DNA of 64,000 nucleotides from the NCBI RefSeq assembly GCF_009914755.1, contig NC_060934.1; one strand, written 5' to 3'. This document shows, in pieces, positions 31,714 through 50,086 of this stretch (its first letter is position 1; every line of letters begins with the position of its first letter). The notes below the pieces were generated by a model. It was not told where the DNA came from, did not search any database, and saw nothing but the letters and a program-made list of their open reading frames with translations. The position numbers and the translations under genes are program-made. Source of the stretch: the human T2T-CHM13v2.0 reference genome, Homo sapiens.

Positions 31714-32260
31714 TTACTTTCCAGTTGTGTAAAGACCATTTTTTAATTTTGTTTTGTTTTTAGTGACATATTAGTAGATAACCACTAAGTGTGGTTCAAG
31801 ATGCTTACAGGGATTCTGTTGCATCTAGAGATAGGTGTCTGGTCAGGAAGTAGTTTTTAGAACTGTTAGCTCTTAGAGTCTGATAATTAAAGTAAGCTAT
31901 GTGTAAATGCAGAATGAGAGAATACTAATGGATCATGGCTCATATATGCAACAGTTAAACTTTTTATTAGCTAAATTTTTCATCTGGCCTAATTTTTTTG
32001 CCCTTTTCTTTTGTACATGAGGATTCTTTCATTTGTATGTAATAGAAACAAAAAGTAAACTAAATGAAAATCTAAGTTTTTAGATTTGACTTATGAAATT
32101 AATCATGCCAGATAATTTAAATTATATGTTATTGAAATTTTTTTTTTAATGGAATTTTGTCTCATTTTTCATAGGAGTAATCAGTAAGATGTTAACAACT
32201 ACTTTTATTTTATGGTATTTGTATCAGAAGTGACCAGTTTTTTTTTTTTTTTATTCTTAG

Positions 32261-32295
32261 TTGTAGAAATAAGAAGAAGCAACTGTACAAACCAT
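32261..32295 (+). CDS. AGAP-family exon 4
   Basis: (V)VEIRRSNCTNH; long T tract, ttag|...|gtaagt. Confidence 0.9.
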
Positions 32296-32546
32296 GTAAG
32301 TAAACACTCAAATAGTTAAGAAATTGATAGTTTGACATAAAAGGATGTCTCTCTTGATTTCTTTAAATTACAATGTGGACCTGGTGGTGGTAGCATGGAC
32401 CTCTTTTTGTGGATTTTCTAAATCTCTTCTATTTTCCTGAGTATTAAATTTATCCAGAAAAGTGCTTAGTTTAGCGTGTCCACCTTTTAAAGATTTCTGA
32501 CATTTAAGTTAAATTTCAATAGTCCGGTTCAAAAGACCTGCCTTAA

Positions 32547-32859
<313 letters not shown>

Positions 32860-35159
32860 TTAATCTTATTTTTAATGAAAGAACAAAAATAGAATAGCTA
32901 AGTTAATTGCCAGCACTGTCTATTGACTTTCTGTCACAGCAGGTAAAAGCATACCTTCCCCGCTACACCATGATCTTATGTTTCTCCCTGTGTTTCTTCC
33001 AATTGTAGCACACTTTTTAATTAAATCAGTAATATTTACATGATTATGACTCTGCAAATATTATTCACTGCTAAGTCATATGGTGTTTTCACTGTGCCTC
33101 TGCATTCCATGTCCTTCATCCTGTCTCTGAAACAGTTCTGAAATCTGAGCACTTCTGCAATTCTCCTGGATCTTCTTTTTTCCTAGCCTACATTAGTTTA
33201 TCTATCCAAATATCGTTAAGTAGCCTCTGGGTGCTCTGTTTGCTTTCACATCCATTATTTTTTAGCATGAAGCTAATTTTCTGACTATATTCATTTGCCT
33301 GTTTTCTAACAGCTGTTTTCCCCCAAGTATTGTAGCATTTATCACATGCCTTTCAAAGATATTTTCCATCTGCGAAAACACATCTGTTCCTTTTTATGTT
33401 TGTGTGGGGGGCAACTTTCTTTGGCCTTTTGTCATCCTAGTTCAATATAGCGTGGGTTTCCCTAGATATGCTCAATGTCTGCTTTTCTGGGCTAACTCTT
33501 TAAAGTCTTTTGGTATCTCACGTAACTGCTGTCTTGTGTGGGATCACCTGAGTCCTAGATTCTGTGTTTCCTTCTGTCCTGTTATCGTCTCTAGTTGTAC
33601 TTGAACACATTTTCCTGTGTGGAGATGTTAAAATCCCTCCTCTTTGATAGAGAGTACACCTCTAGGTTGAATCTAAATGTTGTGGTTCTGAAGACATTTT
33701 GCAGTTGTGCTCTTATTACAGTGTTGTTCTTGAATCTATTGCCAGTGTGTGATACGTTATTTACAACCAGGTTTTAGTTATCTGTGGAAGCTTTTTAGAA
33801 TCTCTCTCTCTAAGGTTCTGAAATTTTATAACAGCTTGTTGGGGATCTTTTCATTTTATTGAGGCTACTAAACCTGCAGACTATCTCTTCTTGAGAATTT
33901 TTTTTTATTTTCTCTGTTACTTTTTTACTGATAGTCTTGTTATTCAGATGCTAGGCTGCTTAGACCAATATGCCTGCATTGATTTTTAATTTTTCCCCTT
34001 GTATTTTTTTCAGTTTGTCTTTTTATTCTAGTTCTGGGATATTCTGTGACTTTATCCTCTACTATTTCTATTGAATTTTATATTTTTTGAGAGTGTTTTA
34101 AGATTTTTTTTTAAAGTTTTGCTCCTGATTTTGACTGGTCCTATCAATTCCTTTTTTCTATTGTTTTGATCTCTTTTCTTGGAGGCTTCCCTCCAATGTG
34201 TGGTGGTCCCTGGCCTGCTTTATTTGGAAGCAGGATTTCTGTTAACTGATAGCACTCAGTGTGAGGCCTTAGAAGCCTGACTAGCTTTTCATTTGGGAGA
34301 CCTCAGTGTATTATCTGGGGATCTTTATTGAAGACATTTCAGTTTCTTCTGAGAAGGATCTCCCAATTTTCTGCCTGGAAAGTAAAAGCAGGCCTGGAAA
34401 GGAAAAACAGAGTTAGCGAAGAAAGTTGGAGTTCCATTTTTGGTGTACAGTTTTCTTTATATCTCAGGTTTAAGCCATGGTATCTCTGAGCCAGAAATTC
34501 TCAGGTTTGATATATCCAGAGAACACACATCTAAGTTTCTTGTCAGATGGAAGGACAGGTGGACTTGGGGCTCTAGTTAGAGATTTGCAACTGACCTTGC
34601 TGGCTTTTTTTTTTTTTTCACATTTTACCCTACTTTCCAAAGTTCCATTTGCCTGTAAGTTCACAACCTGCCTTTAGTTCTGCAAGACAAACTGGCTCGC
34701 TTCTGTTCCAGTCACTTTCTGTAGGCACCAAAGTTGTGTTTCTGTGTTATTTACCACTCCTTTATCTACTTTTTATGTCTCAGCATTTATTAAAAATTAT
34801 CTCTGTCAACCTTCTGTGCTGGTCATGGGTGTAACCTTTATTTTATGACTGATGAGGCTTCCGGAGGGAGACGAAATAAATTTGTGGTCAATCTATTATA
34901 TTTAATCCAAATTTAGGACCTGTGTTTAAATCAAAATCTAATTTGAGTATAATTAATTATATTAAGCCAGAGAATTTTTTAAATTAATGTATCTATAATA
35001 AGCATATTACACTTTTCTCCTAAGGCCTTGTTTAATATTTTCATTCAAAGTTTATCCACTGCCATATACTTCCCATTACTTCACAACATAAATGGAGCTG
35101 TTTTCCTGAATGCCCAAAGTGTTAGAAATATTTAAGTTAATTAAGATTTGTTCATTTTT

Positions 35160-35374
35160 AGCCTGGTCAACATAGCAAGACCTCATGTCTACAAAAAGGT
35201 TAAATAAAAAATTAGCCAGGCCTGGTGGCATGCGCCTTTCGTATTACCTACTCAGGAGGCTGAGGCAGAGGATCGCTTGAGCTCAGGAGTTTGAGGCTGC
35301 AGTTAACTATAATTGCACCACTGCACTCCAGCCTGGGCAACAAAGGGAGACCCTGTCTCGGAAAAAGGAAAAAA
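35160..35374 (+). mobile_element. AluJ, 5'-truncated
   Basis: gcctggtcaacatagcaagacc...gatcgcttgagctcaggagtttgaggctgcag. Confidence 0.85.
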
Positions 35375-35484
35375 GTTACTAATTCTTTAAAAACCTATCT
35401 AAAATTTGTCCTGCCCAAAAGGAGAGTGAAAAATATGAACTTTAGTCTTTGTTTTATTTTATGTTTGCTGAGAAAAATGCTGTA

Positions 35485-37775
35485 CTTTATTTATTTATTT
35501 ATTATTTCCTTAGGTTTCTGGGGGAACAGGTGGCATTTGGTGACATGACTAAGTTCTTTAGTGATGATTTGTGAGATTTAGGTGCACCCATCACCTGAGC
35601 AGTATCCGCTGAACCCAATTTGTAGTCTTTTATCCCTCACCCTCCTCCCAGCCTTTCCCCCAAGTCCCCAAAGTCCATTGTATCATTCTTATGGCTTTGC
35701 ATCCTCATAGCTCAGCTCCCACGTATGAAAGAGAACATGATATTTGGTTTTCCATGCTGAGTTATTTCACTTAGAATAATAGTCTTACTTCCATCCAGGT
35801 TGCTGGGAATGCCATGAATTTATTCCTTATTATGGCTGAGGTGGTATTCCTCATATATATATATATGTATGTATATCACGGTTTCTTTATCCACTCATTG
35901 ATTGATGGGCATTTGGGCTGGTTCCATATTTTTGTAATTATAATTTGTTTGAGTTCCTCATAGATTCTGGATAATAGCCCTTTGTCAGATGTATAGACTG
36001 TGAAGATTTCCTCCCACTCTGTGGTTGTCTGTATACTCTGCTGATTGTTCCTTTTCCTGTGCAGAAGCTCTTTAGTTAAGTCTCACCTATTTGTTTCTGT
36101 TGCATTTGCTTTTGTGTTCTTGGTCATGAAGTCTTTGCCTAAGCCAGTGTCTAGATGGGTTTTTCCAATGTTATCTTCTAGAACTTTTATGATTTCAGGT
36201 CATAGATTTATGTCCTTGATCCATCTTGAGTTGATTTTTGTGTAAGCTGAGAGTTGAGGATCCAGTTTCATTCTCCCGCATGTGGCTTGCCAATTATCCC
36301 AGCACCATTTGTTGAATAGGGTTTACTTTCTTCACTTTATGTTTTAGGTGGCTTTGTTGAAAATCAGTTGGCTATAGGTATTTGAGTTTATTTCTGGGTT
36401 CTCTATTCTGTTCCATTGGTGTATGTGCCTATTTTTATATCAGTACCATGCTATTTTGGCGACTATGGCCTTATAGTATAGTTTGAAATCAGGTAATGTC
36501 ATGCCTCCAGATTTGTTGTTTTTGCTTAGTTTTGTTTTGGCTATACCGGTTCTTGTTTGGTCCATATAAATTTCAGGATTGTTTTTTCTAGTTCTGTGAA
36601 GAAGGATGGTGGTATTTTGATGGGAGTTGCATTGAATTTGTAGATTGCTTTTGGCAGTATGGTCATTTTCACAATATTCATTCTACCCATTCATGAGCAT
36701 GGGGTGTCTTTCCATTTGTTTGTGTCCATGACTTCATTCAGCAACGTTTTGTAGTTCCCAACGGCATATCAAAAAATAATCCGGCCAGGCACGGTGGCTC
36801 ACACCTGTAATCCCAGCACTTTGGGAGGCTGAGGCGGACAGATCATGAGGTCAGGAGTTCGAGACCAGCCTGGCCAACATGGTGAAGTCCCATCTCTACT
36901 AAAAATACAAAAGTTAGCCGGGTGTGGTGGCACTCACCTGTAATCCCATCTACTCAGGTGGCTGAGGCAGGAGAATCGCTTGAACCTCGGAGGCAGAGGT
37001 TGCAGTGAGCCAAGATCACCGCACTGCATATTCCAGCCTGGGCAACAGAGCGAGACTCCATCTCAAAAAAAAAAAAAAAGATAATCCACCATGATCAAAT
37101 GGGTTTCATACCAGGGATGCAGGGATGGATTAACATACACAAGTCAATAAATGTGATACACCACATAAACAGAATTAAAAACAAAAAATCACATGATCAT
37201 CTAAACAGATGCAGAAAAAGCATTTGACAAGATGCAGCATCCTTTTATGATTAAAACCCTCAGCAAAATCAGCATACAAGGGTCACAGCTCAATATAATA
37301 AAAGCCATCTATGACAAACCCACAACCAACATGATACTGAAAGGGGGAAAAGTTGAAAGCATTCCCCCCGAGAACTGGAACAAGACAAGGATGCCCACTC
37401 TCACCACTTGTATTCAACATACTACTGGAAGGCCTAGCCAGAGCAATCACACAAGAGAAAACAATAAAAGGCATGCAGATCAGTAAAGAGGAAGTCAAAC
37501 TGTTGCTGTTTGATGATGATATGATCATATACCTAGGAAACCCTAAAGACTCCTCCAAAAAGCTCCTAGAACTGATAAATGAATTCAACAAAGTTTCAGG
37601 AGACAAAATTAATGTACACAAATCAGTAGCTCTGTTATACCCCAGAAGCGACCAAGCTTAGAATCAAACCAAGAACTCAACCCCTTTTCTGATAGCTGCA
37701 AAACTAAACTAAACTAAACTAAAATACTTGGGAATAGACCTAACCAAGGAGGTGAAACATGTCTACAAGGAAAAC
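35485..37775 (-). mobile_element. L1PB-type LINE-1, 5'-truncated and 5'-inverted (antisense 35485-36758, sense 36759-37775)
   Basis: Antisense L1PB 3'UTR (gggggaacaggtgg...gtgcacccatcacctgagcagt); the sense part encodes RT motifs ([15 protein letters not shown]). Confidence 0.9.
36783..37079 (+). mobile_element. AluSg-like inserted in the L1
   Basis: Full dimer; TSD aaa(a/g)ataatcc. Confidence 0.92.
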
Positions 37776-38875
37776 AACTTTAGTATTTTTAATGGGTTAA
37801 AATGAGAGGCAGCAGGTACAGCAGAAGAAGTCAGTGCGTGGGCATCCGCATCCAATGGGTACTGCACCTTTGATGGTAAGGCTTTGGTTTTGACTTACTA
37901 AATTACTAGGTACGATTATTTTCTAGTTTTTGTCATTAAACCTTAAAACTACTAAGTAACCCCTTCCATTTCTTGTTAAATATTGTAAAATTTCATACTC
38001 TCATTTATGCTGCCTGACGTTAGAGTATTTGTTTCTATTTTGTGACTACCTTAAATAATACCTATAAAGAGTAAACTGTTAGTAGTGTTTTTGCTGTAAT
38101 TAAATGTAGTAAGACTTACCTTCCAAATGATAACTGAATTGTCAAACACTTGTCGAAGTTTTGGATTTACTCAAAATTCTATGCTCAGCAGCTGGAGGTA
38201 GGAAGAGTAAGGGCCCTCCCTTACTCTTATGGAGAGGCATACTTTCTCACAAGGGGAATACTCTGCAGGAATTAGCATCTTGTAAGCAGTGGTGAATTCA
38301 ACTAATTAGTGTATAAAAATACATTTTTTGGTGTGGCTGCCGACAAAGAGATCCAAGAGGGTAGATGGAGTCGAGCTTGCTGAAGCAAGGAAAGAGAAAA
38401 GCAGTATTCTAGGCAGAGAGCAGGGGTAGAGCAGGAAAATGGCTAGGTGCAGGTCAGATGATTTATAGAATGCAATTGATCAAGTTTTGAAGTGAATGCA
38501 AAGTATTCTCCGAGAGTCTCATTTGAGTCATGTCTTGGCAGTCTTATTTAAACATGAAGTGAAAGTTAGATTTTTTAAGTTGTCATTTGTTTTCAGGGTG
38601 TGAGAGAATATTTAAGTGATACTCTTTTTATCCTCCACATAAGAAAATAGGACTAGAGAAACCTATGGCTTCCTCACTTGTTGGTGGCCTAGCAGCCCTG
38701 GCACACAGAGCCTCTGAATCTGAAACACTTCTTTTGTAACAATATCACCTGAAATAATACATTTAGGATTAGTAATTTAGTAAATGCATTAGTCTTGTAT
38801 TCACTGCAATAAAATGCTCTTGTAGCAGGATTATTTAATACATTACATTTTATCGTAGTAAATAAATAATAGAAG

Positions 38876-39194
<319 letters not shown>

Positions 39195-39229
39195 TCAGCT
39201 GCTTTTTATTGCTGCAGAAAAAAAAATGA

Positions 39230-39558
<329 letters not shown>

Positions 39559-39795
39559 CGAAGCAGACTTTTCCCATTATTTTTAACGGTAATTCATAAA
39601 ATCCTTGTTAGGTTTGATGACAGGTACCATATTAAGGGCAGCATTTTATAACCCATATCTTAAACATCATCTCTGGAAGTTGAGAGCCTCCAATGGGTTT
39701 TCTATGGAGTGCACATGATACCACACTCAGGCAGTTCATGGAGTGTAAGACATATCTTAGTGCTTTGTCATTTGACATTTTAACTGAGAAAATAA

Positions 39796-39939
<144 letters not shown>

Positions 39940-41382
39940 TGAGTACAACTATGCTGCCGAGGGACAGATTCCTTTATTCTAAAATTATTTCAGTCATTTG
40001 GTTGTCCTTTTCAGCAATCAGTTTAAGAAATTGGAGTCAACCATATATTGATATCCAGATTCTGAATATTAAGTATCAGTTTCTCTTTTAATCTTAGACG
40101 TCGTGGTGGAAGGAAAAATCAGTTAGCAAAGAAGCAATCCCAGAAACAATGTATCTTTTTGATGCCTTTATGCCTTTAGACAATGTTGAACACAGTGAGA
40201 AGGATAGGTTCCCTTTATTGAATGTTTTTTGTGGAAACTTAGTTTTTCAATGCATCATAGGCCTAAATCAGTGTGCACTACTTTGGACATTATCCTTGGA
40301 GGAAGGAACAGCTTTTCTTCTTCTGGCACCACAGTGTATCTGCATTTGAATTTCTCCCATTGTGCATGAGCACCTCATGGGCCACAAAGATGCGCTTTGA
40401 GAGCACCCTGAGATGAAGTTTATTTTAAAAGGAACAACAACCAACACCACCACCAGCTCCACAGGGGCTGTCCAGTGTACATTATTCTCATCTCCTTGGG
40501 TTATTAGTCTTGATTTTTAGAACACAGTTTGGAAAGTGCTAATTTAGAATATTAATGTCTTTATCTTTAATTTAACTTTTCATTCTGTACACATAACTAG
40601 CTTATAAACAATTTTGTTTCAAATGCACTAGCCTTTTTAACTAATTCAATTGTCAATAACTTTTACTTCAATTAAAAGTGGAAAGTTTACACTCATAATA
40701 ATGTCACTTTCCTCCCTCCCTTTTAACAATAGTTGAGAGGAAATTGTGTTTCGAACAAAAACTGGACTCAAACTCTGTCTCAAGTCCTGAGCTTTGGGAC
40801 CTATTGAGTAATCACTAAATGTCTGTAGTCAGCTAAGTCTCTTAAATCTCTGAGCACACATACACAAAAATTACTTTGACTAGAGTCCCTGGCTTCTTCT
40901 GAGTTCCAAAGATTTTGATATGTTAGCATATAATTCAAAAGCAGCTTTGAAGATTAATTTTGCTGAAACAAATTTCGTGCTTTTTTCCTCATTATTCTAC
41001 TTTTTAGAAGTCTACTTTTGAGAGTATAGTAAGTTTTAATTTGCCACCAGCAAGTTTGAGAAATGATCATTTGGTGTATTCACTATTGGTGAAATAAAGT
41101 TATTGAACAAATTAATAGGGCAAATTGGCTTCAAGAAGATATTTTGAAAAATGTTTTATCATGAATCAGTAGTGCACTGTTGTCAGTGGGATAGGTGGAA
41201 CTCGCTGAGATCACTTATGCAAGGTTTTTTTCAAAATGCAAGTCTGCAAACACATGTATCTTCCCATCTCCACTTTCCCTCTATCTCTAGGCACTGAGAA
41301 GCCTTTTAGGAAAATCGGGATGGATGTGAGGCATCTTTCTGTGAAGAAAAGCATCCCAGAAGATTCTGATTTTCACCCCAGC

Positions 41383-41556
41383 TCAGTCATTCCAAACTTT
41401 GCTGCTGATTGAAATCACCTGGGAAACGTTTACTAAGAACCTTGATGCCCAAAGCCATACCCAATACTAATTAAATTAAAATGTCTCGTGGAAGATGAGG
41501 CAGATATTAAAGCTTCTCAGGTGATTTTAATGTGCAGCAAAGTTTGAGAGCCACTG
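41383..41556. mobile_element. MER5-type hAT fossil
   Basis: aatcacctggg...caggtgattttaatgtgcagcaaagtttgagagccactg palindromic layout. Confidence 0.75.
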
Positions 41557-41867
41557 CTTAATTTGAGTTTAGGATGAGAAACTGCTCCTATTTGGTGGGA
41601 CCTTGGGCAAGTCAGTTTTAAGGTCTGTTTCCCTGATCTGTAAAATGAGTGTTGAATTAAATGTCACATAAGGTCATTGGTCCTTTCCAGCATGTAACTT
41701 TAAATTCTGTGATTTTAAAATTATTTCAGAGATGAAAACTACTTGAAGCACTATAGACATATCCATCTTACCTGCTGATGTTACAGGCTTTTTAAAAAGT
41801 GCTAATATTGTGTAGACCTATTAGTAGAATTGAGATTTGCCTTCCCTCAGTTGTTTTGAGCCTCACT

Positions 41868-42275
<408 letters not shown>

Positions 42276-42524
42276 TTATTATTTATATATTGTAATCACC
42301 AACAGAAACGCGTCTTCTAACGGCATATTTCCTTGCATTTTGGTTCTCATATTTTTGTAAAAAACAAAGAAATGAAAACAAAGTGCCCTTATGGTACTGT
42401 TCTGAACTAGAAGATTTGAATTTCAGGGCCACTAGGAGAGTTTCCTCTGCCCCCCTTTTAAAAAATGTCTTCAGGCCTAACAAATGTTAACATCTATTGT
42501 TATGAATTTTTTTTCCTTCCACAG

Positions 42525-42560
42525 TGTGACCTTGGAGATACCTCATCATATCACACAAAG
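42525..42560 (+). CDS. AGAP-family exon 6
   Basis: (S)VTLEIPHHITQ(R); ccacag|...|gtgagc. Confidence 0.9.
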
Positions 42561-42831
42561 GTGAGCTTTTTAGAAACCTGTCTTGTTATTCTAGCTAAGT
42601 ACTTTGCAAGATATCAAGCTCAGTGTTAGGTCACAGCTCTAGACATCATAAGCTGTATTGTGCCTACTAAAATATCGAAGCAAATTATTTGTATTTTCTT
42701 TGTTCCTTAAGACTCTCATAATTCTTAAATGATTGAGAATCTCAAAGAGTATGTGTTTATATTGATTATATTGATATTTAGTGTGGTAGAATTATACAAT
42801 TGAAATTTTTTCAAAATCTATTTTTAGTTTA

Positions 42832-42995
42832 GATTTCACAGCCTTACCACTGTTGATATTATGGGCTAGATAATGCTTTGTTGTGAGGACTGTCTTGTGC
42901 ATTGCAGAGAGTTTAGCAGTATTCATGGCCTCTACCAACTAGATATCAGTAGTAACCCATGACCCAGGTTATAACAACAGAAAATATTCCTTGAG
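42832..42995 (+). mobile_element. MER20 hAT fossil
   Basis: cactgttgatatt.tgggctagataat.ctttgttgtg...tttagcagtattc.tggcctctac. Confidence 0.75.
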
Positions 42996-43169
42996 AACAG
43001 TATTGTTAACAGAATTTTTTCATTGAAAAATAACTTTTCTACAACAAAAAGTTGAGTAAAAAGTGCGTCATGTATTTATATTATTTAAAGTCTCTCATGT
43101 TGAGCTTAATAGGAGACAAATGGATTCTCTAGAGCTTTCTTTGCAATTTGCTTTAAAGCAGCAATAAGA

Positions 43170-45330
<2,161 letters not shown>

Positions 45331-45854
45331 GTTTATACACAGGCACAATGCATTAGTTTTACAAAGTTTAAAGTTCATCAAAGACTGGCCTCTTAAAAAG
45401 GCAGATGAGTTTGTCATTCAAACAACAGAAAGTACATAAATACATCATGAGAGTATACTACAGAGAACTAAAGAGAAAGGAAGCTAGGAAATCTGAATCA
45501 CATTTACATTTATTAAAGTTTACTACTACTGCTTTGTAGAACATTCTTGTGTTTCAATGTGTGGTTAGAAGAGTGAAAAGATGTTTGGTTTATTGCCATG
45601 GCCTGTTAGGGAGAGTCAATACTCACGGGCATTTCTGACTGGTTATCATATAAAAGACTTCACGGTACAGGCCATGATGTGCTGAGAAAGAAGAAGTCAG
45701 GAAACCCTCTGCAAGTCAGGATCCAAGAGAAGAATTCGTAAAAACTGCTTTGGTAAAGTAAACACCAAAGCACACAGGAGGCAGTATTTTACTCAACAAA
45801 TATTATACTAAGATATTAACAGTTTTTGAAGTAATGCGCTTTCTTATTTTATAG

Positions 45855-45906
45855 AGATGCAGATAGATCTTTGAGCATACCTGATGAACAGTTACACTCA
45901 TTTGCG
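45855..45906 (+). CDS. AGAP-family exon 7
   Basis: (R)DADRSLSIPDEQLHSFA; ttatag|...|gtaagt. Confidence 0.9.
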
Positions 45907-46127
45907 GTAAGTGGCACTTTTATTGAGGTTGTATTTTCATCGTACACTTGTATCTGTTTCATGCTGAAGTCAAAGCCATCTTTTTTTAAATCTTCCCCAT
46001 TTCATGTTGCATTTAGTCATCTTAAGTGTTGTAAAAAGAATGTGCTGGAGTAAGAACTGATCTGCAGCTCTGTTTAGTTAGTGAGCTAGTATGAGTAAAT
46101 ATACTATCCAAACAACAGAAAATGTAT

Positions 46128-46440
<313 letters not shown>

Positions 46441-46513
46441 CAGAAAATGTATCTTTTTAAAAGGTAATTGTGAGCTGTCTATAGGACCCTGCAAGCCACT
46501 ACCCAATTTTTGA

Positions 46514-48016
<1,503 letters not shown>

Positions 48017-48304
48017 TATCTGTTTTATTTGACTGCAGTCTCCTTGGTGCAAAAACAAAATGGGAAAAATAAGGATAACTCAGAATTTCAAAAGGAAATC
48101 ACAAATTCAGCTAGTAATAGCATTTTCAGTACTTTTCGTAAACTAAGTAAATACACAAAATGTTGATTTTTCTGACCATAAGACATATTTTATGTCCTTT
48201 TGCCGAGGTGGATGTGTTAGTCTCAGGCCCTCCTGGCCACATTGCCCAAGTCACACAGGCTTCTGTATTATGTATTTAGATAAAATGTGTGAAAATATAT
48301 TTGA

Positions 48305-48659
<355 letters not shown>

Positions 48660-48740
48660 CATGGCACCTCTCTTAATTTATAAATTGAACAGGATGTGAA
48701 GTAATAATGTCAGCTAGTTGAGATAAGAGAGTTACAGTTC

Positions 48741-49360
<620 letters not shown>

Positions 49361-49889
49361 GGGTTACAGATCATTGCACGTGGAAAATATTCCCAGCAGT
49401 AAACACTTCCATTAATGTGATCTACAGCTTTTAAAAAGGAGCATCTCAGAATAAGATGGTGGTACAATTTGCTTATTGAGAAAGGAAAAAAAAAAAACAC
49501 ATGAGTATATTACAAAGGGAAAAGAAGGAATGTGATTTCTCATGATTGAAAGCTTGATTTAGATTGCATACAGCTTTTGCTACCCAAGACCAAGAGGCTC
49601 TGGCAAGACAGGGTGGTTTTCCGAATGCCAGACCGAGGTGCCTTATGAAGGCAGCTGCCGATGGTTCCAGATGTAGAGAGATAGGTGATGCAGGAGGGAA
49701 AGCTGGATTGGAAAAGGGAGAGTTTTGTAGATGGGCTACGCTCATTGTGCCTTTGAAAGAGCAGAGCCGGCAGCCTGTAGTCATCATTTGGATATACAGG
49801 ACTAGAGCATGAATCTGATGTAGAGCTACAGAATGAAGAGCAACAGCAGCTGTTTAAATACCGAGAAAGTGTGTAGAATGAAATTGGAC

Positions 49890-50086
49890 AAGCCAAGCAT
49901 GGTGGTTTCATGCCTTTAGTCCTAGCTACTTCGGAGGCTGAGGTGGGGGAATTACTTGAGCTCAGCAGTTTGAGTCCAGCCTGGGCCAGATGGTGAGACC
50001 CTGTATCTTAAGAAAAGAAAAAATAAGACCAGGTGCAGTATCTCATGCCTGTAATCCCAGCACTTTGGGAGGCCAAGTTGAGAGGA
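49890..50086 (+). mobile_element. Alu monomer plus a truncated Alu arm
   Basis: The second arm stops at gggaggccaagttgagagga. Confidence 0.8.

Noticed and set aside
37232-37661. Reverse-transcriptase-like ORFs
   Set aside because: Frameshifted L1 ORF2 remnant with FADD changed to FDDD, inside a truncated element; not an active or novel RT.
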